This document shows, piece by piece, positions 46,631 to 55,871 of a stretch of 64,000 nucleotides of DNA; position 1 is the stretch's first letter, and every line of letters begins with the position of its first letter. Location of the stretch: positions 1,113 to 65,112 of the forward strand of contig DAHWNL010000073.1 of assembly GCA_027339965.1 (NCBI GenBank). Direction: 5' to 3'. The position numbers and the translations under genes are program-made. The stretch comes from Granulicella sp. Its GTDB lineage: Bacteria > Acidobacteriota > Terriglobia > Terriglobales > Acidobacteriaceae. Under the pieces are notes generated by a model. That model ran no database searches, was not told where the DNA came from, and worked only from the letters and a program-made list of their open reading frames with translations.

Positions 46631-47397
46631 TGTCCACCTCCTATTCGGTTCAACAGTTGCTGATTGAGGTTTTGCATGTTGGTTGTCGATTGCTTCAGAA
46701 CCGCATCCCGGTGAGCAAGCTCGATGGCTGCCTCGCGCAGCTGATAGGCGAGCAGCTTCTGTTGCATGGCGATGCTGGCAAGCTCGGCCGTTCGCGCTTC
46801 GGCCGCAACCATATCCGCGGTGCCAGGAGCCGTCGTCTCGGCCTGGTCTTCGATCTTCTGGGCCGCTTGAAGCATCGCCTGTGTCGCCTGGTCGGCGGCC
46901 ATCGATTGTTCGGTTGCATCCCTGGCGGTTGCGTCTTCCATGTCCATCATTTGGAGATTGAGCTGTGGCGCTGCCCCGATTGCAGGCTGCGCTCCGTACT
47001 CCGTCGCGTAGCTCTGACTGATGTCAGGAATCTGGCCGCTCTGCGCACTGAGAATTTCCGACTCAAAACTCCTCGATGTCGGCAGAATGGCGCTGTTGAC
47101 CCGGATGGCGAAGACGCTGTTCATCCACCCCCGGTAACTGGCCTTGATCGTAGCGATGTAGTTGCGCGTTTCCTCGGTCAGGGCCACCGGCCAGAGAGCC
47201 TGTTGCTCTGTTTGAAGGACCTCGCCGCGAACCCGGTTTATGTCACTCAAAGCGCCACCAATGGGCCCGGTGATTGTTCCCAAAATCGCAGAGAAGAGTC
47301 CTCCGAACTGCGCATAGGCGCCAGTCGGGACGAGAAGGGCCAGCAGCAGGATGGCGCTGCGGGTGAAGGCTATCCGCTCGGAACGGGCTTTTCTCAT
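46627..47397 (-). CDS. TrbJ/VirB5-like secreted protein (paralogue 2)
   Basis: Signal peptide and C-terminus '...STTNMQNLNQQLLNRIGGGQ', parallel to the neighbouring gene. 4-nt overlaps on both sides. Confidence 0.45.
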   Translation of the reverse strand: MRKARSERIAFTRSAILLLALLVPTGAYAQFGGLFSAILGTITGPIGGALSDINRVRGEVLQTEQQALWPVALTEETRNYIATIKASYRGWMNSVFAIRVNSAILPTSRSFESEILSAQSGQIPDISQSYATEYGAQPAIGAAPQLNLQMMDMEDATARDATEQSMAADQATQAMLQAAQKIEDQAETTAPGTADMVAAEARTAELASIAMQQKLLAYQLREAAIELAHRDAVLKQSTTNMQNLNQQLLNRIGGGQ

Positions 47398-50138
47398 ACC
47401 AGTTCCTCCTCAAACGAGACTTCGGCTTCCGACGCGTCCGAGTTGCGCTGATGGGGCTCCGGCTTCGGGGACCTTTTCCCAACTTCTGTACCCAACCGGC
47501 TTACTTCCCCTGAACGCTCCTCGGGCAATTCGGGCACCTCCGAAAGACCGTTCGGAAACGTTCTCGCCAGTTCCTCGAAGGCTTTGAGCCAACTCATTTC
47601 GCTGTGTGTCGACAGCCACCACTGCCGGTACCAGCGTTCCCGCGGATAGGTCGTCAGCAGCCAGTACTCGATCGGCGTGGGCACAATGTAGAGACTGTGC
47701 GTGGTCTCTGCCTTCTCTCCAATGACGATCAGGAACTCGCTTTTCCTGCCCTTTTCTGTCATCCCCAGCGTCTTCACCCGGTTGAGCGTGGTCTCGTTCA
47801 GGTGAACGAAGTGACGTAGTACGTCGAAGTTGCCCTTTTGCCGGCCGATCAGCTTGATCGCGGTCGTGGCGAGGATGGCGCCGCCGAACTCGTTGGGTTT
47901 GTCCGGCGTGCCGGTGAAGTCTTCGACCGCCTGCGAGATGCCCCACACACAGGCATTGCGTTTCCTGGCCGTGCGGAACAACTGCACGACAACCGGGGCT
48001 AGACTCGGCGACTGGAGCAGCGCCCAGCACTCATCGAGCACGGTAATGCACCGCTTGTTCGTCTTGCCCTGGGCACGTCGCGTCGTCGTGTAGGCAATCA
48101 GCAGGCTCATCGCCACCTCGAGCTTCGGATCGTCCTTCAACTGCTCAACGTTGAAGTAGAGCCACGGCGTCGTCATGTCGATGGTTGTGTGTGTATCGAA
48201 GAGGCGCGCATACATCCCGTTGTTCACCCAGGCGCGCAGCTTCGCCGCGGCGATCCGCGCCATTTCGTTTACGTGGGGATTCTTGTCGTCGTCGTAATAG
48301 TTCTGGAGTTCGTCGTAGAGGTCGCTGTAAAGGGGGATCGGGTTATCCATTCGCATCTGCGCCCGCGCGTAGGTCTTGCGGATGGCGTTCATGATCAGGT
48401 TGTCGAGCAGGTCCGTGTCCCCTTCGCCGCTGTCGCCGATCATGTATCGCGTCAGGTTTTTGAGGAAGGACAGGTGATCGTTCGAAGGTTCCGTCTGTCC
48501 CGGTTCGAGATCGAAGGGATTGATCGTCTGACGGCTGTCGAGAGACATGGTGATCATCTCGCCGCCCATGAAACCGACCGCATGGTAGTAGCTGTCGCCC
48601 CGCTCGATGATCGACACCTGCACGTCCTGCCGCGCGCAGATCAGAAGCATCTTTCCGACGAGCACGCTCTTGCCCGTTCCCGAGGTTGCGGCGATGATTG
48701 CGTTGGCGTTTTCGAGTGCCGGATCGAAGGGTGAGAAGGGCAGCAGCTGCCTGTAGGGCGTCTCGAACAGCATCAGCGGCGAGCGATTTGTCCCGGACCA
48801 GGGAAGCTCCAAAGGCAGAAGGTCGGCGCCGTGCGGGGTGAGCAGGTCGAGGTCGCGCCGGTCGTCCTCGGCGAGCCCCGGCAATGTCGAAAGATAGATG
48901 CGGCGGGTTGCAAGCGTCTCCGTGAGCCCGCGCGCGCCGTTCATATGCGCGACGACATGGAGCACCTGCTGACGCCGGTTCGCCAACTCCCGTTCCGCTT
49001 TCTCGTATTGCTCGGCGGACCACGCGGGGGCCGAAGTGCGGATTCCAATGATCATGCCCACACGTGCGGTCTTGACCGAATTCGCGATCAACTCCTGCTG
49101 GATCTGAATCAATTCGTGCGTCGCCACCTGGGCCGTAACGTCGACGCGAAGATTGCCCTTCGAATCTTTCTGCGCCGCCTGCATCTTGCGCAGCTTCTTC
49201 TTGTATTTGTCGAGAACGGCCCTTTGGTCGGGAATCGATACGTTCGTCGAGATGACGACGGGAAAACCGATCGTCATCAGCTGCCGCAGTATGCCTGGAT
49301 ACGTCCCATCGGGAGGCGCGTTCAGGCTGATGAAGCTCCAGAGCAGGCCGTCGATATTGATGTAGCTCTCGGTCTGCCCCAGAATGCTGACCGTTGTGGC
49401 GCGCTCGCGAGGGGAGATGTAGCGGGTCTCAGCCGGATGCGCATGGAGCGGCTTCCGGTCGGGGTCCATCGGACGCATTGCCCGCTTCACTTCGAGAAAG
49501 AGGTCGCCATCCGAGATGCGTTCAGGCCCGAGGCCGCCGGCCTTCATCGCGGACTCGATGCCGGCGATGAGCGACTCGAACTCGGCGACGGTGTCCTGGT
49601 GCTCCTTCCGCGACTTCTCGACAGCCTTGGTAACGGACAGAGTGAAGCCCCCATGCGCCCGCCGGCGATCCTCTTTGCTCATCGGCGCTCCGCCTGCGAG
49701 CAACGTACGCTTGTGCTTTGCCGGATCCCAGATCAGGTAGACTGCCGCAATCCGCGTGAGGTAGGTGCCCTGCTTTTCCTTCTCCGACCAGACTGCAAGA
49801 CGCTGCTCGTCGAGCGCCTGAACCTCCGCGTTCTCACAACGCGATTCGGTGCGGTACTGATCGAGCAGGCCGTTGAGGCTCTCGACGACCTCGTAACGAA
49901 ACTGGAGCCGCATGCTCTGTTCCGGCATGGCGCGGAGCAGGGATTCAAGAACGCTCTTTGCTTCATTCCGTTCATCGTCATCGCCGAAATAGGTCATGGC
50001 GCCGGCAACGCGGAATCCGGCGACATAGCACCCGTCCGTGCGAACCATCACGTTATCGAGAAAATCGCGGATCTTCAGCAGTTCGCATACCGCCGGGTCT
50101 TCAAGAGAGCGTTCATGCTGTGCGCGGGTTTTGGGCAT
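47394..50138 (-). CDS. virB4: VirB4/TrbE-family conjugal transfer ATPase
   Basis: 914 aa with Walker A 'ATSGTGKS' and Walker B 'ITVLDECW'. Confidence 0.9.
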   Translation of the reverse strand: MPKTRAQHERSLEDPAVCELLKIRDFLDNVMVRTDGCYVAGFRVAGAMTYFGDDDERNEAKSVLESLLRAMPEQSMRLQFRYEVVESLNGLLDQYRTESRCENAEVQALDEQRLAVWSEKEKQGTYLTRIAAVYLIWDPAKHKRTLLAGGAPMSKEDRRRAHGGFTLSVTKAVEKSRKEHQDTVAEFESLIAGIESAMKAGGLGPERISDGDLFLEVKRAMRPMDPDRKPLHAHPAETRYISPRERATTVSILGQTESYINIDGLLWSFISLNAPPDGTYPGILRQLMTIGFPVVISTNVSIPDQRAVLDKYKKKLRKMQAAQKDSKGNLRVDVTAQVATHELIQIQQELIANSVKTARVGMIIGIRTSAPAWSAEQYEKAERELANRRQQVLHVVAHMNGARGLTETLATRRIYLSTLPGLAEDDRRDLDLLTPHGADLLPLELPWSGTNRSPLMLFETPYRQLLPFSPFDPALENANAIIAATSGTGKSVLVGKMLLICARQDVQVSIIERGDSYYHAVGFMGGEMITMSLDSRQTINPFDLEPGQTEPSNDHLSFLKNLTRYMIGDSGEGDTDLLDNLIMNAIRKTYARAQMRMDNPIPLYSDLYDELQNYYDDDKNPHVNEMARIAAAKLRAWVNNGMYARLFDTHTTIDMTTPWLYFNVEQLKDDPKLEVAMSLLIAYTTTRRAQGKTNKRCITVLDECWALLQSPSLAPVVVQLFRTARKRNACVWGISQAVEDFTGTPDKPNEFGGAILATTAIKLIGRQKGNFDVLRHFVHLNETTLNRVKTLGMTEKGRKSEFLIVIGEKAETTHSLYIVPTPIEYWLLTTYPRERWYRQWWLSTHSEMSWLKAFEELARTFPNGLSEVPELPEERSGEVSRLGTEVGKRSPKPEPHQRNSDASEAEVSFEEELV

Positions 50139-50494
50139 CAGTCCGCCTCCATGTTGTCGGAATCCGTGAGGAAATCCGATGTGAGCTTGCGATCCCGGGC
50201 GCAGCCGCAGTACGCCCGCGGCAGCCCGTAGTACGTCACCAGATCGAGCAGGTAGCCGCGCGGCTTGCCGTACTTGAACACCACCAGACCGGGCACGCCG
50301 AGAACCAGCACCATCAGCATCAGGAACCAGTTCATAGGCAGAAAGAACATGTAGCGGTTGGGGAAGAGAAACTGTCCGACCAGCATGGCGATAGCGCAGG
50401 CCATCGCGAGAATGAGCATGTCCTCAAGCTCAAGGCCCAGCATCGTGACCTTGGCGTGCAGATTCCTCGATACCGGACTCATCCGTAAGGTCAT
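50138..50494 (-). CDS. VirB3/TrbD-like small membrane protein
   Basis: 118 aa with two TM helices, immediately upstream of VirB4 with a 1-nt overlap. Confidence 0.6.
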   Translation of the reverse strand: MTLRMSPVSRNLHAKVTMLGLELEDMLILAMACAIAMLVGQFLFPNRYMFFLPMNWFLMLMVLVLGVPGLVVFKYGKPRGYLLDLVTYYGLPRAYCGCARDRKLTSDFLTDSDNMEAD

Positions 50495-50953
50495 TTACGC
50501 CACCCCCGCCGTCCCGGCCGCGATGAAGTGCTCCATCAGGCGCATCAGGCCCGACACGCATAAGCAGGCCCCGCCGGCGACAAAATGCCTGATCCAGTCG
50601 TCGCCGATATAGAGCCGCTCGAAGAATCCGCCCAGCCCGAGCACGGCGCGTGCAATCTCGATTCCTCCGTAGACAGGAAGAATCACATTGCCAACCCAGT
50701 CGGCGAGGCAGAGAATCGCCGCCCAGTACTGCGTCGTTCCCGAGCCCTGGCTCGCGAAGTCCTCGGCCAGCCTCAGAAGACCGGAGACCGACAAGGCACT
50801 CATCGTCCCGGCGATGTAGGGCTCGATGTGGTAGCCGCGCGAATACTTGAAGATGCCAAGAGCCAGAATCAGCACGGCGAGTATGGGCATGACAGCATTG
50901 CCCACCCAGTTGGTCAGCCCCAGCATCCCGGCGTCGAATGAGCCGCCATTCAT
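50495..50953 (-). CDS. VirB2/TrbC pilin-like protein with internal duplication
   Basis: Two repeats of 'NWVGN..(I/L)P' followed by a '(V/L)SGL(L/M)RL.E.F' hydrophobic hairpin. Confidence 0.45.
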   Translation of the reverse strand: MNGGSFDAGMLGLTNWVGNAVMPILAVLILALGIFKYSRGYHIEPYIAGTMSALSVSGLLRLAEDFASQGSGTTQYWAAILCLADWVGNVILPVYGGIEIARAVLGLGGFFERLYIGDDWIRHFVAGGACLCVSGLMRLMEHFIAAGTAGVA

Positions 50954-51225
50954 GCCTCACCTCGCGTTTCGGTTGCTGTTGCTGTCGGGACGGATGTGCC
51001 GGGATTTTCGGGGATGATCAAAACTGCCAGTCGTCCGCCCCACCTCCACAAACGACGTGCAACTCGGACAATGACGAAAATCTCGACGACCAGGCAAAAA
51101 GCTGCTACGGCAATCCCAAATACAAGTCGCGCGGCTTCAAAGTGGAGCGCAGCGGAGAGCAGGAGGACGAGCAACAGTCCTTCCAGGACGAACACAGCGG
51201 ATTGCAATAGCAGGCGGTAGTTCAT
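50950..51225 (-). CDS. small membrane protein
   Basis: Trimmed to the ATG at 51225 (GGAGGAG upstream, ATGA overlap). Two TM helices. Confidence 0.4.
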   Translation of the reverse strand: MNYRLLLQSAVFVLEGLLLVLLLSAALHFEAARLVFGIAVAAFCLVVEIFVIVRVARRLWRWGGRLAVLIIPENPGTSVPTATATETRGEA

Positions 51226-51458
51226 TGCAGGGACTCCTCCCTCGTGCAAAGTCCGACGCAGAGATTGGGGTATTGTGGCCACCTGATGTGCAACTTGGAA
51301 TTTGCGAGAAAATCCGGTGGCCAGTCATCAGGGCGCGACAGCGCCACTGATCCCCCTTCGATACGGGGCAGCGAAACAGGGGTCTGCGCCGCGTCGCTGA
51401 AGAAGGCCGCGAGACAAAGCAGGAGCGCACCGAGAATCTCAACTACATGGCGCTTCAC
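51222..51458 (-). CDS. small secreted/lipoprotein-like protein (VirB7-like position)
   Basis: GTG start at 51458 forms a GTGA overlap with the upstream stop. Signal-like 'VKRHVVEILGALLLCLAAFF'. Confidence 0.35.
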   Translation of the reverse strand: MKRHVVEILGALLLCLAAFFSDAAQTPVSLPRIEGGSVALSRPDDWPPDFLANSKLHIRWPQYPNLCVGLCTREESLQ

Positions 51459-52141
51459 AGGTTCACCCCCGCGAAATGCGTCACCAGCGCCCAGATCCCG
51501 CTGACACACAGGAAGGCGAGGCCGCTCGCCGCGAGAGCACCCCACGGGCGATGCCGCACGTGATTGAGAATCGCCGCTGAAAGGGCAAGGCCCCCTACGA
51601 TTGGGCTGATCCGGTTGGCGGCATATCCGAACATGCTCATCAGCATGTCAGTCATTCCATAGGCGTCGCCGGTCTGCATCCAGCTTCCGGTCGCGAGGTT
51701 GTAAAACCCCTGCACGCCAAGAAGAAACAACGCCGCGATGATCGAAGCCAAAGGGTTGTAGCCCTGGCTCATGTCGAGAACCGCCTTGAATACGAGCGAG
51801 GCCGCGACCACTGGGACGATATGTCCGATCAGAACGTCGCTGACGAAGTCGTTGGTGACCCGCTCGATACCGGCGGTGTACGGCGCACCGGTCGCGCCGG
51901 CAATGACGAGTTGTTGCGCTCCGGGAACCGACTCCTGAGCCAGCCAATGGCTTACCCCTGGAAGAGTCAGAAGAAAGCAGCCCCACAGCAACCACTTCAG
52001 AAAGCCGCCACTGGCCTCAAAGTTCATTCCCCCTTCCGAGCGCAGCCTCATGCCCGCCATCACGAACGCGCCCAGCGACGCCGGGATGGCGAGATCCATG
52101 AGAAGCCCGAGAATGGCTCTGAAGACCAGTGGCGCCTGCAT
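51455..52141 (-). CDS. polytopic membrane protein with pilin-like C-terminus
   Basis: 228 aa with several TM helices. C-terminus 'LAFLCVSGIWALVTHF' resembles the neighbouring pilin-like proteins. Confidence 0.5.
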   Translation of the reverse strand: MQAPLVFRAILGLLMDLAIPASLGAFVMAGMRLRSEGGMNFEASGGFLKWLLWGCFLLTLPGVSHWLAQESVPGAQQLVIAGATGAPYTAGIERVTNDFVSDVLIGHIVPVVAASLVFKAVLDMSQGYNPLASIIAALFLLGVQGFYNLATGSWMQTGDAYGMTDMLMSMFGYAANRISPIVGGLALSAAILNHVRHRPWGALAASGLAFLCVSGIWALVTHFAGVNL

Positions 52142-52148
52142 AAACCAC

Positions 52149-52529
52149 CTACCCGATTGCCTGGCCTTGTGCGATGAAGTACTCGATAAGCCGCAGGATG
52201 CCGGAAACGCAGATCAAACCGCCTGCGGTCATGGCGGAAGGGAGCCAGCTGCGGCCACTGCGCCACTGAAGGATGGTTGCGACGACGGCGATACCGGCGC
52301 CCACCGGGCAGATCACGTTGCAAAGCCAGTTGACGGCGTTGAGAAACGCACCTTCCGGCTGCGCCGCGGTCTGGCCCTGGACGGCCTGGCCCATCGCCGG
52401 CGTGGTGCCGAGGTTTTGAGCCAGGCTGGCGCAGGGCGCCAGAACGGCCGCTCCGATACAGGAAGCGAGCAGGAACGCCAGCACCTGCTTGCGTCCGGCG
52501 CGCACTGTTCGCATGAACGACTGGATCAT
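52149..52529 (-). CDS. VirB2/TrbC-like pilin precursor
   Basis: Long signal peptide ending 'ASLAQN', then two hydrophobic helices 'VNWLCNVICPVGAGIAVVATIL' and 'GGLICVSGILRLIEYFIAQG'. Confidence 0.55.
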   Translation of the reverse strand: MIQSFMRTVRAGRKQVLAFLLASCIGAAVLAPCASLAQNLGTTPAMGQAVQGQTAAQPEGAFLNAVNWLCNVICPVGAGIAVVATILQWRSGRSWLPSAMTAGGLICVSGILRLIEYFIAQGQAIG

Positions 52530-52734
52530 GGACTTGCCTCCTTGACGGGAAACCGTCGCCGAAGAAAATCACACGGTTTGTCGATTCGTGCAAACGAGCG
52601 ACTACGGCTTGCCCAAATGTCCTATGGACCGATGTCACGATGGGCGCATGAAGAAGATCGACCTGATTCCGTCTATAAGGGTGATCTGATTTAGCTTCTT
52701 ATAAGGATGGTGTGGCGGGCATCGAATTCGGGAG

Positions 52735-52868
52735 ACGTAGCCCCCGAGTTTTTCGACAGAAGCCTGGTACGCAGCTTTTCTCCTTTCGAAAAACCTCATC
52801 GTCGGCCCGGCACTCTCCCAGTTTGGCCACGCTTTGCTTAACTTGATATCGCTTGTAGCAGGCTATTG
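52735..52868 (+). repeat. hairpin repeat copy A (long form)
   Basis: Core GTTTTTCGACAGAAGCCTGGTACGCAGCTTTTCTCCTTTCGAAAAACCTCATCGTCGGCC starts near 52748. The right extension '...GCTTAACTTGATATCGCTTGTAGCAGGC' is shared with copy C. Coordinates are +/- a few nt. Confidence 0.8.
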
Positions 52869-52970
52869 GCGCGGACGTTCGACTGTTTGGGCAGGGCACT
52901 GAGCCAGCTAACTTTGGGTTAAGGTTGCCGGAGTCGGTACAATCATTGACGTAAAAAACGCAAATGACAA

Positions 52971-54233
52971 ATGAATACTGTCGAATATCAAAACGCACTC
53001 GACCTTGGGCTCGGCAGAGCCGTCCAGCACCTGCGCAACCATGACGGTCATCCCTATCGCGAAATCATTTTGGACGCTTGTCTACATAACAAGGCTTACG
53101 ATCCACAGGTCGAGGGCAGCCGAGCGCGATACATGCTCGACATCCTCCTCAGCTCTGGGGAAGCGTCGTTCTATGCCGATCGAGTCATTGGCTCGCTCTG
53201 GGATGAAGAACACGACTGGGATACGCCGCAGAGATACGGAATCACGAGGCTGTTGGCCCAAGGAGGAGACAATTCCGCCCGTGAAGCTATGTATTCGGCA
53301 TTCACGGCTAAGCAACCATACGCGAGTGACATTGCAGTCGAATTCATAAATCTCGACGGCATACAAGGCCTGATATTCGTGGCCAGCCAGATCGGCGGGC
53401 GGCTGGCGAGAAATGCCGATGATTGGGAAGACGACTTCCTTCTGTCAATAGCGGGAGACGTTTGCGGCGAAGAAGTTGCGGTTACTGCACTCAAAGAGGC
53501 AGGCGCCACGGACCCAAACGTAAAGGCCTACTTGGCTGCCGTCGAGAATAATCGGGATTTGCGGGCGAAGGCTCCGAGAACTGATCCGAAGACAATGTCC
53601 TACGATCAAATCCGGTCATGTATCGAGTCGAAACGTCAAATCGGCTTTCTAGCAGAATGGGCAAAATGGGCGAGCGATTCTGACCTGGAGCGTGCCGCGC
53701 ACGACCTCATTAAGGAGAAGGACCTTGAAAACCTGAAGTGGTTTCTCGTTCTGTTTAGAAAGAGGCATTTTCCGCTGGAAGTCGATCATCTGCTCAAGCT
53801 CTTGGAATTGCCAGACGGTCCTGTTCCATTTCATGCACTTCGAGCTCTCGCAAACATCGAAGACGAGCGTGTTCGGAAGCTCGCATTCGAAGTCCTCGAG
53901 ATGGATTCAAGGCGCGGGTGGGCAATTGATCTGCTGGCCAGGAATTTCCGAGGCGGGGACCACGCAGTGGTGGAAGGTTGGTGCGATTCAGAACACAATC
54001 CGGGCATCGTCAATGCATTCGATCGGAGCCTGAGGGAGTTTTTTTCCGCCAATCCGAACGCGGAGATCGAGGTACGATTGCTTAACAAAATGTATGAGAA
54101 GGAACCTTGCGCCCATTGCCGCTCATACATTGTAGAGCGGTTGCTGAAGTTGGATAGCCTGAGTGAAAGGCTGAGGAGCGAATGCGAAGTTGACTCGTAC
54201 GCAGACACAAGGTCATTGGTGAAGGCGCGTTAG
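52971..54233 (+). CDS. hypothetical helical-repeat (HEAT/ARM-like) protein
   Basis: 420-aa ORF in the AT-richer cargo region. The helical-repeat impression is by eye only and no catalytic motif was seen. Confidence 0.55.
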   Translation: MNTVEYQNALDLGLGRAVQHLRNHDGHPYREIILDACLHNKAYDPQVEGSRARYMLDILLSSGEASFYADRVIGSLWDEEHDWDTPQRYGITRLLAQGGDNSAREAMYSAFTAKQPYASDIAVEFINLDGIQGLIFVASQIGGRLARNADDWEDDFLLSIAGDVCGEEVAVTALKEAGATDPNVKAYLAAVENNRDLRAKAPRTDPKTMSYDQIRSCIESKRQIGFLAEWAKWASDSDLERAAHDLIKEKDLENLKWFLVLFRKRHFPLEVDHLLKLLELPDGPVPFHALRALANIEDERVRKLAFEVLEMDSRRGWAIDLLARNFRGGDHAVVEGWCDSEHNPGIVNAFDRSLREFFSANPNAEIEVRLLNKMYEKEPCAHCRSYIVERLLKLDSLSERLRSECEVDSYADTRSLVKAR

Positions 54234-54311
54234 GGTCGCGGCTAACGCTCTGGGGGCTTAACCACAGACACTGACCTTTGTAGAGTCTTCGTTTTTCCCG
54301 AGCGAGCCAGT

Positions 54312-54383
54312 TGGGCCCCCCGCTTGTTTTTCAACAAAAGCCTGGTGCGCAGCTTTTCTTCTTTCGAAAGACCTCATCATCGG
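54312..54383 (+). repeat. hairpin repeat copy B (short form)
   Basis: GGGCCCCCCGCTTGTTTTTCAACAAAAGCCTGGTGCGCAGCTTTTCTTCTTTCGAAAGACCTCATCATCGG. Confidence 0.8.
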
Positions 54384-54425
54384 TTTAGGCATATTCAGAT
54401 ACGAACTTCCTCAGCGCCTTCCTGC

Positions 54426-55592
54426 CTAGGATTCCCGGTTGAGAATGTCGAGGTAACTGCCGTAGAGAAACAAGCGGCCTCTTCGTTTTCCGCTGGACTC
54501 CCGCAGGATGCCGGCTTCAATCATGCGATCCACCGCCGCGGATGCGGTTGGGAAACTTACCTCCGTCTCGCGGGCTGCGTTCCTGATCGAGAAAAGCGGG
54601 TTGGCTTGGGCATACCTATAGATCAGGAGCGCAGAAACTGCGCCGCGGCCGAAGCGTTCGATCTTTTCCTTGTCCGTATTGAAGAGTTTGTCGATGTTGC
54701 CGGCCGTTCGCGCCGCCTGATTTGCGGTGTCGCGGACACCTTGAAGGAAGAAGTCGAGCCACGCCCTCCAACCGTCGCTTTCTCGCGTTTCATTGAGCCG
54801 GTCATAGTAAAGCCGCCGATGCTTTTTGAAGAAAAGGCTGAGATAGAGAACGGGTTCGCGCAGCACCTCCTCGGCACAAAGCATGAAGGTGATGAGTAGC
54901 CTGCCCACTCTGCCATTGCCGTCCAGAAAAGGATGAATCGATTCGAACTGTGCATGTACAAGGCCAGCCTTAATCAGCAGGGGAAGCGTTGAGCCCTCTT
55001 GATGGATGAATGTCTCCAGTTGGCCCATGCAGTCCGTAACATATTCAGGTGGAGGTGGAACGTACGCCGCGTTTCCGGGCCGAGTGCCGCCGATCCAATT
55101 CTGGCTTTTTCTAAATTGTCCCGGCTGCGCGTGGCTGCCGCGTCCCTTAGCCAGAAGCACCTCGTGAATTTCGCGGATGAGACGAAGAGAGAGGGGAAAG
55201 CCGGCCCGCATGCGTTTCAGACCATGATTCAGGGCCGCCACATAGTTGGAGACTTCCTGCACGTCGTCCAGCGGAACGCCGGGCGTTTCTGCGTTTTCAT
55301 AAAGCAAAAGATCGGAGAGAGAAGATTGCGTCCCCTCGATCTGAGACGAGAGCACGGCCTCCTTGCGAACGTAGGAGTAGAGGAAGAGCTTGAGGTCAGG
55401 GAGAGAAGAGGTTGTGCCATCCAGCCGACCGATGGCCTGATTCGCTTCGGCAAGGATGGCTTGAAGCGATGCCAGATCAAGTGCCCGCTGATTTGGCGGC
55501 AAAGGCGGGGGAACGAACGCGCGGACCCTCTCACCGGAAACGGTTGAAATCACGTAACGGTTTCTGGGAGCCGTGTTGGGGTGTCTGGGCAT
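54426..55592 (-). CDS. Fic-family protein (AMPylator-type) with N-terminal inhibitory motif and C-terminal wHTH
   Basis: Fic motif 'HPFLDGNGRVGRLL' and an upstream 'SSQIEG' matching (S/T)xxxE(G/N). Confidence 0.9.
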   Translation of the reverse strand: MPRHPNTAPRNRYVISTVSGERVRAFVPPPLPPNQRALDLASLQAILAEANQAIGRLDGTTSSLPDLKLFLYSYVRKEAVLSSQIEGTQSSLSDLLLYENAETPGVPLDDVQEVSNYVAALNHGLKRMRAGFPLSLRLIREIHEVLLAKGRGSHAQPGQFRKSQNWIGGTRPGNAAYVPPPPEYVTDCMGQLETFIHQEGSTLPLLIKAGLVHAQFESIHPFLDGNGRVGRLLITFMLCAEEVLREPVLYLSLFFKKHRRLYYDRLNETRESDGWRAWLDFFLQGVRDTANQAARTAGNIDKLFNTDKEKIERFGRGAVSALLIYRYAQANPLFSIRNAARETEVSFPTASAAVDRMIEAGILRESSGKRRGRLFLYGSYLDILNRES

Positions 55593-55721
55593 GCTTAAAC
55601 TAGCTCACCTGCTATTAAAACATAATTCCATTCACTTTAATAATAAAATCCGCTATTAAAGGATGCCCCATTATCGGCCGGCGGTAGCACCCTAGCCGCA
55701 GCCAAGCAGCGGGAGTTTCTC

Positions 55722-55850
55722 AAGCGGCCCGCCCGTCTTTCGACAAAAGCCTCGTACGCAGCTTTTCTTGTTTCGAAAAACTTCATCTTCGGCCTGGCGC
55801 TCTATCAGGCCGGCCCGGCTTGGCTTAATTGATATCGTAAGCAGGCCGAT
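55722..55850 (+). repeat. hairpin repeat copy C (long form)
   Basis: GGCCCGCCCGTCTTTCGACAAAAGCCTCGTACGCAGCTTTTCTTGTTTCGAAAAACTTCATCTTCGGCC plus the extension '...GCTTAATTGATATCGTAAGCAGGC'. Confidence 0.8.
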
Positions 55851-55871
55851 GAATGCTGTAGATTCAGAGGC

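Noticed and set aside
48831-50231. 466-aa plus-strand ORF (and similar 42670-43530, 27907-29055, 41617-42279)
   Set aside because: All are antisense to strongly supported genes (VirB4, the polymerase-like gene, the Rad52-like gene). These are shadow ORFs of GC-rich sequence.
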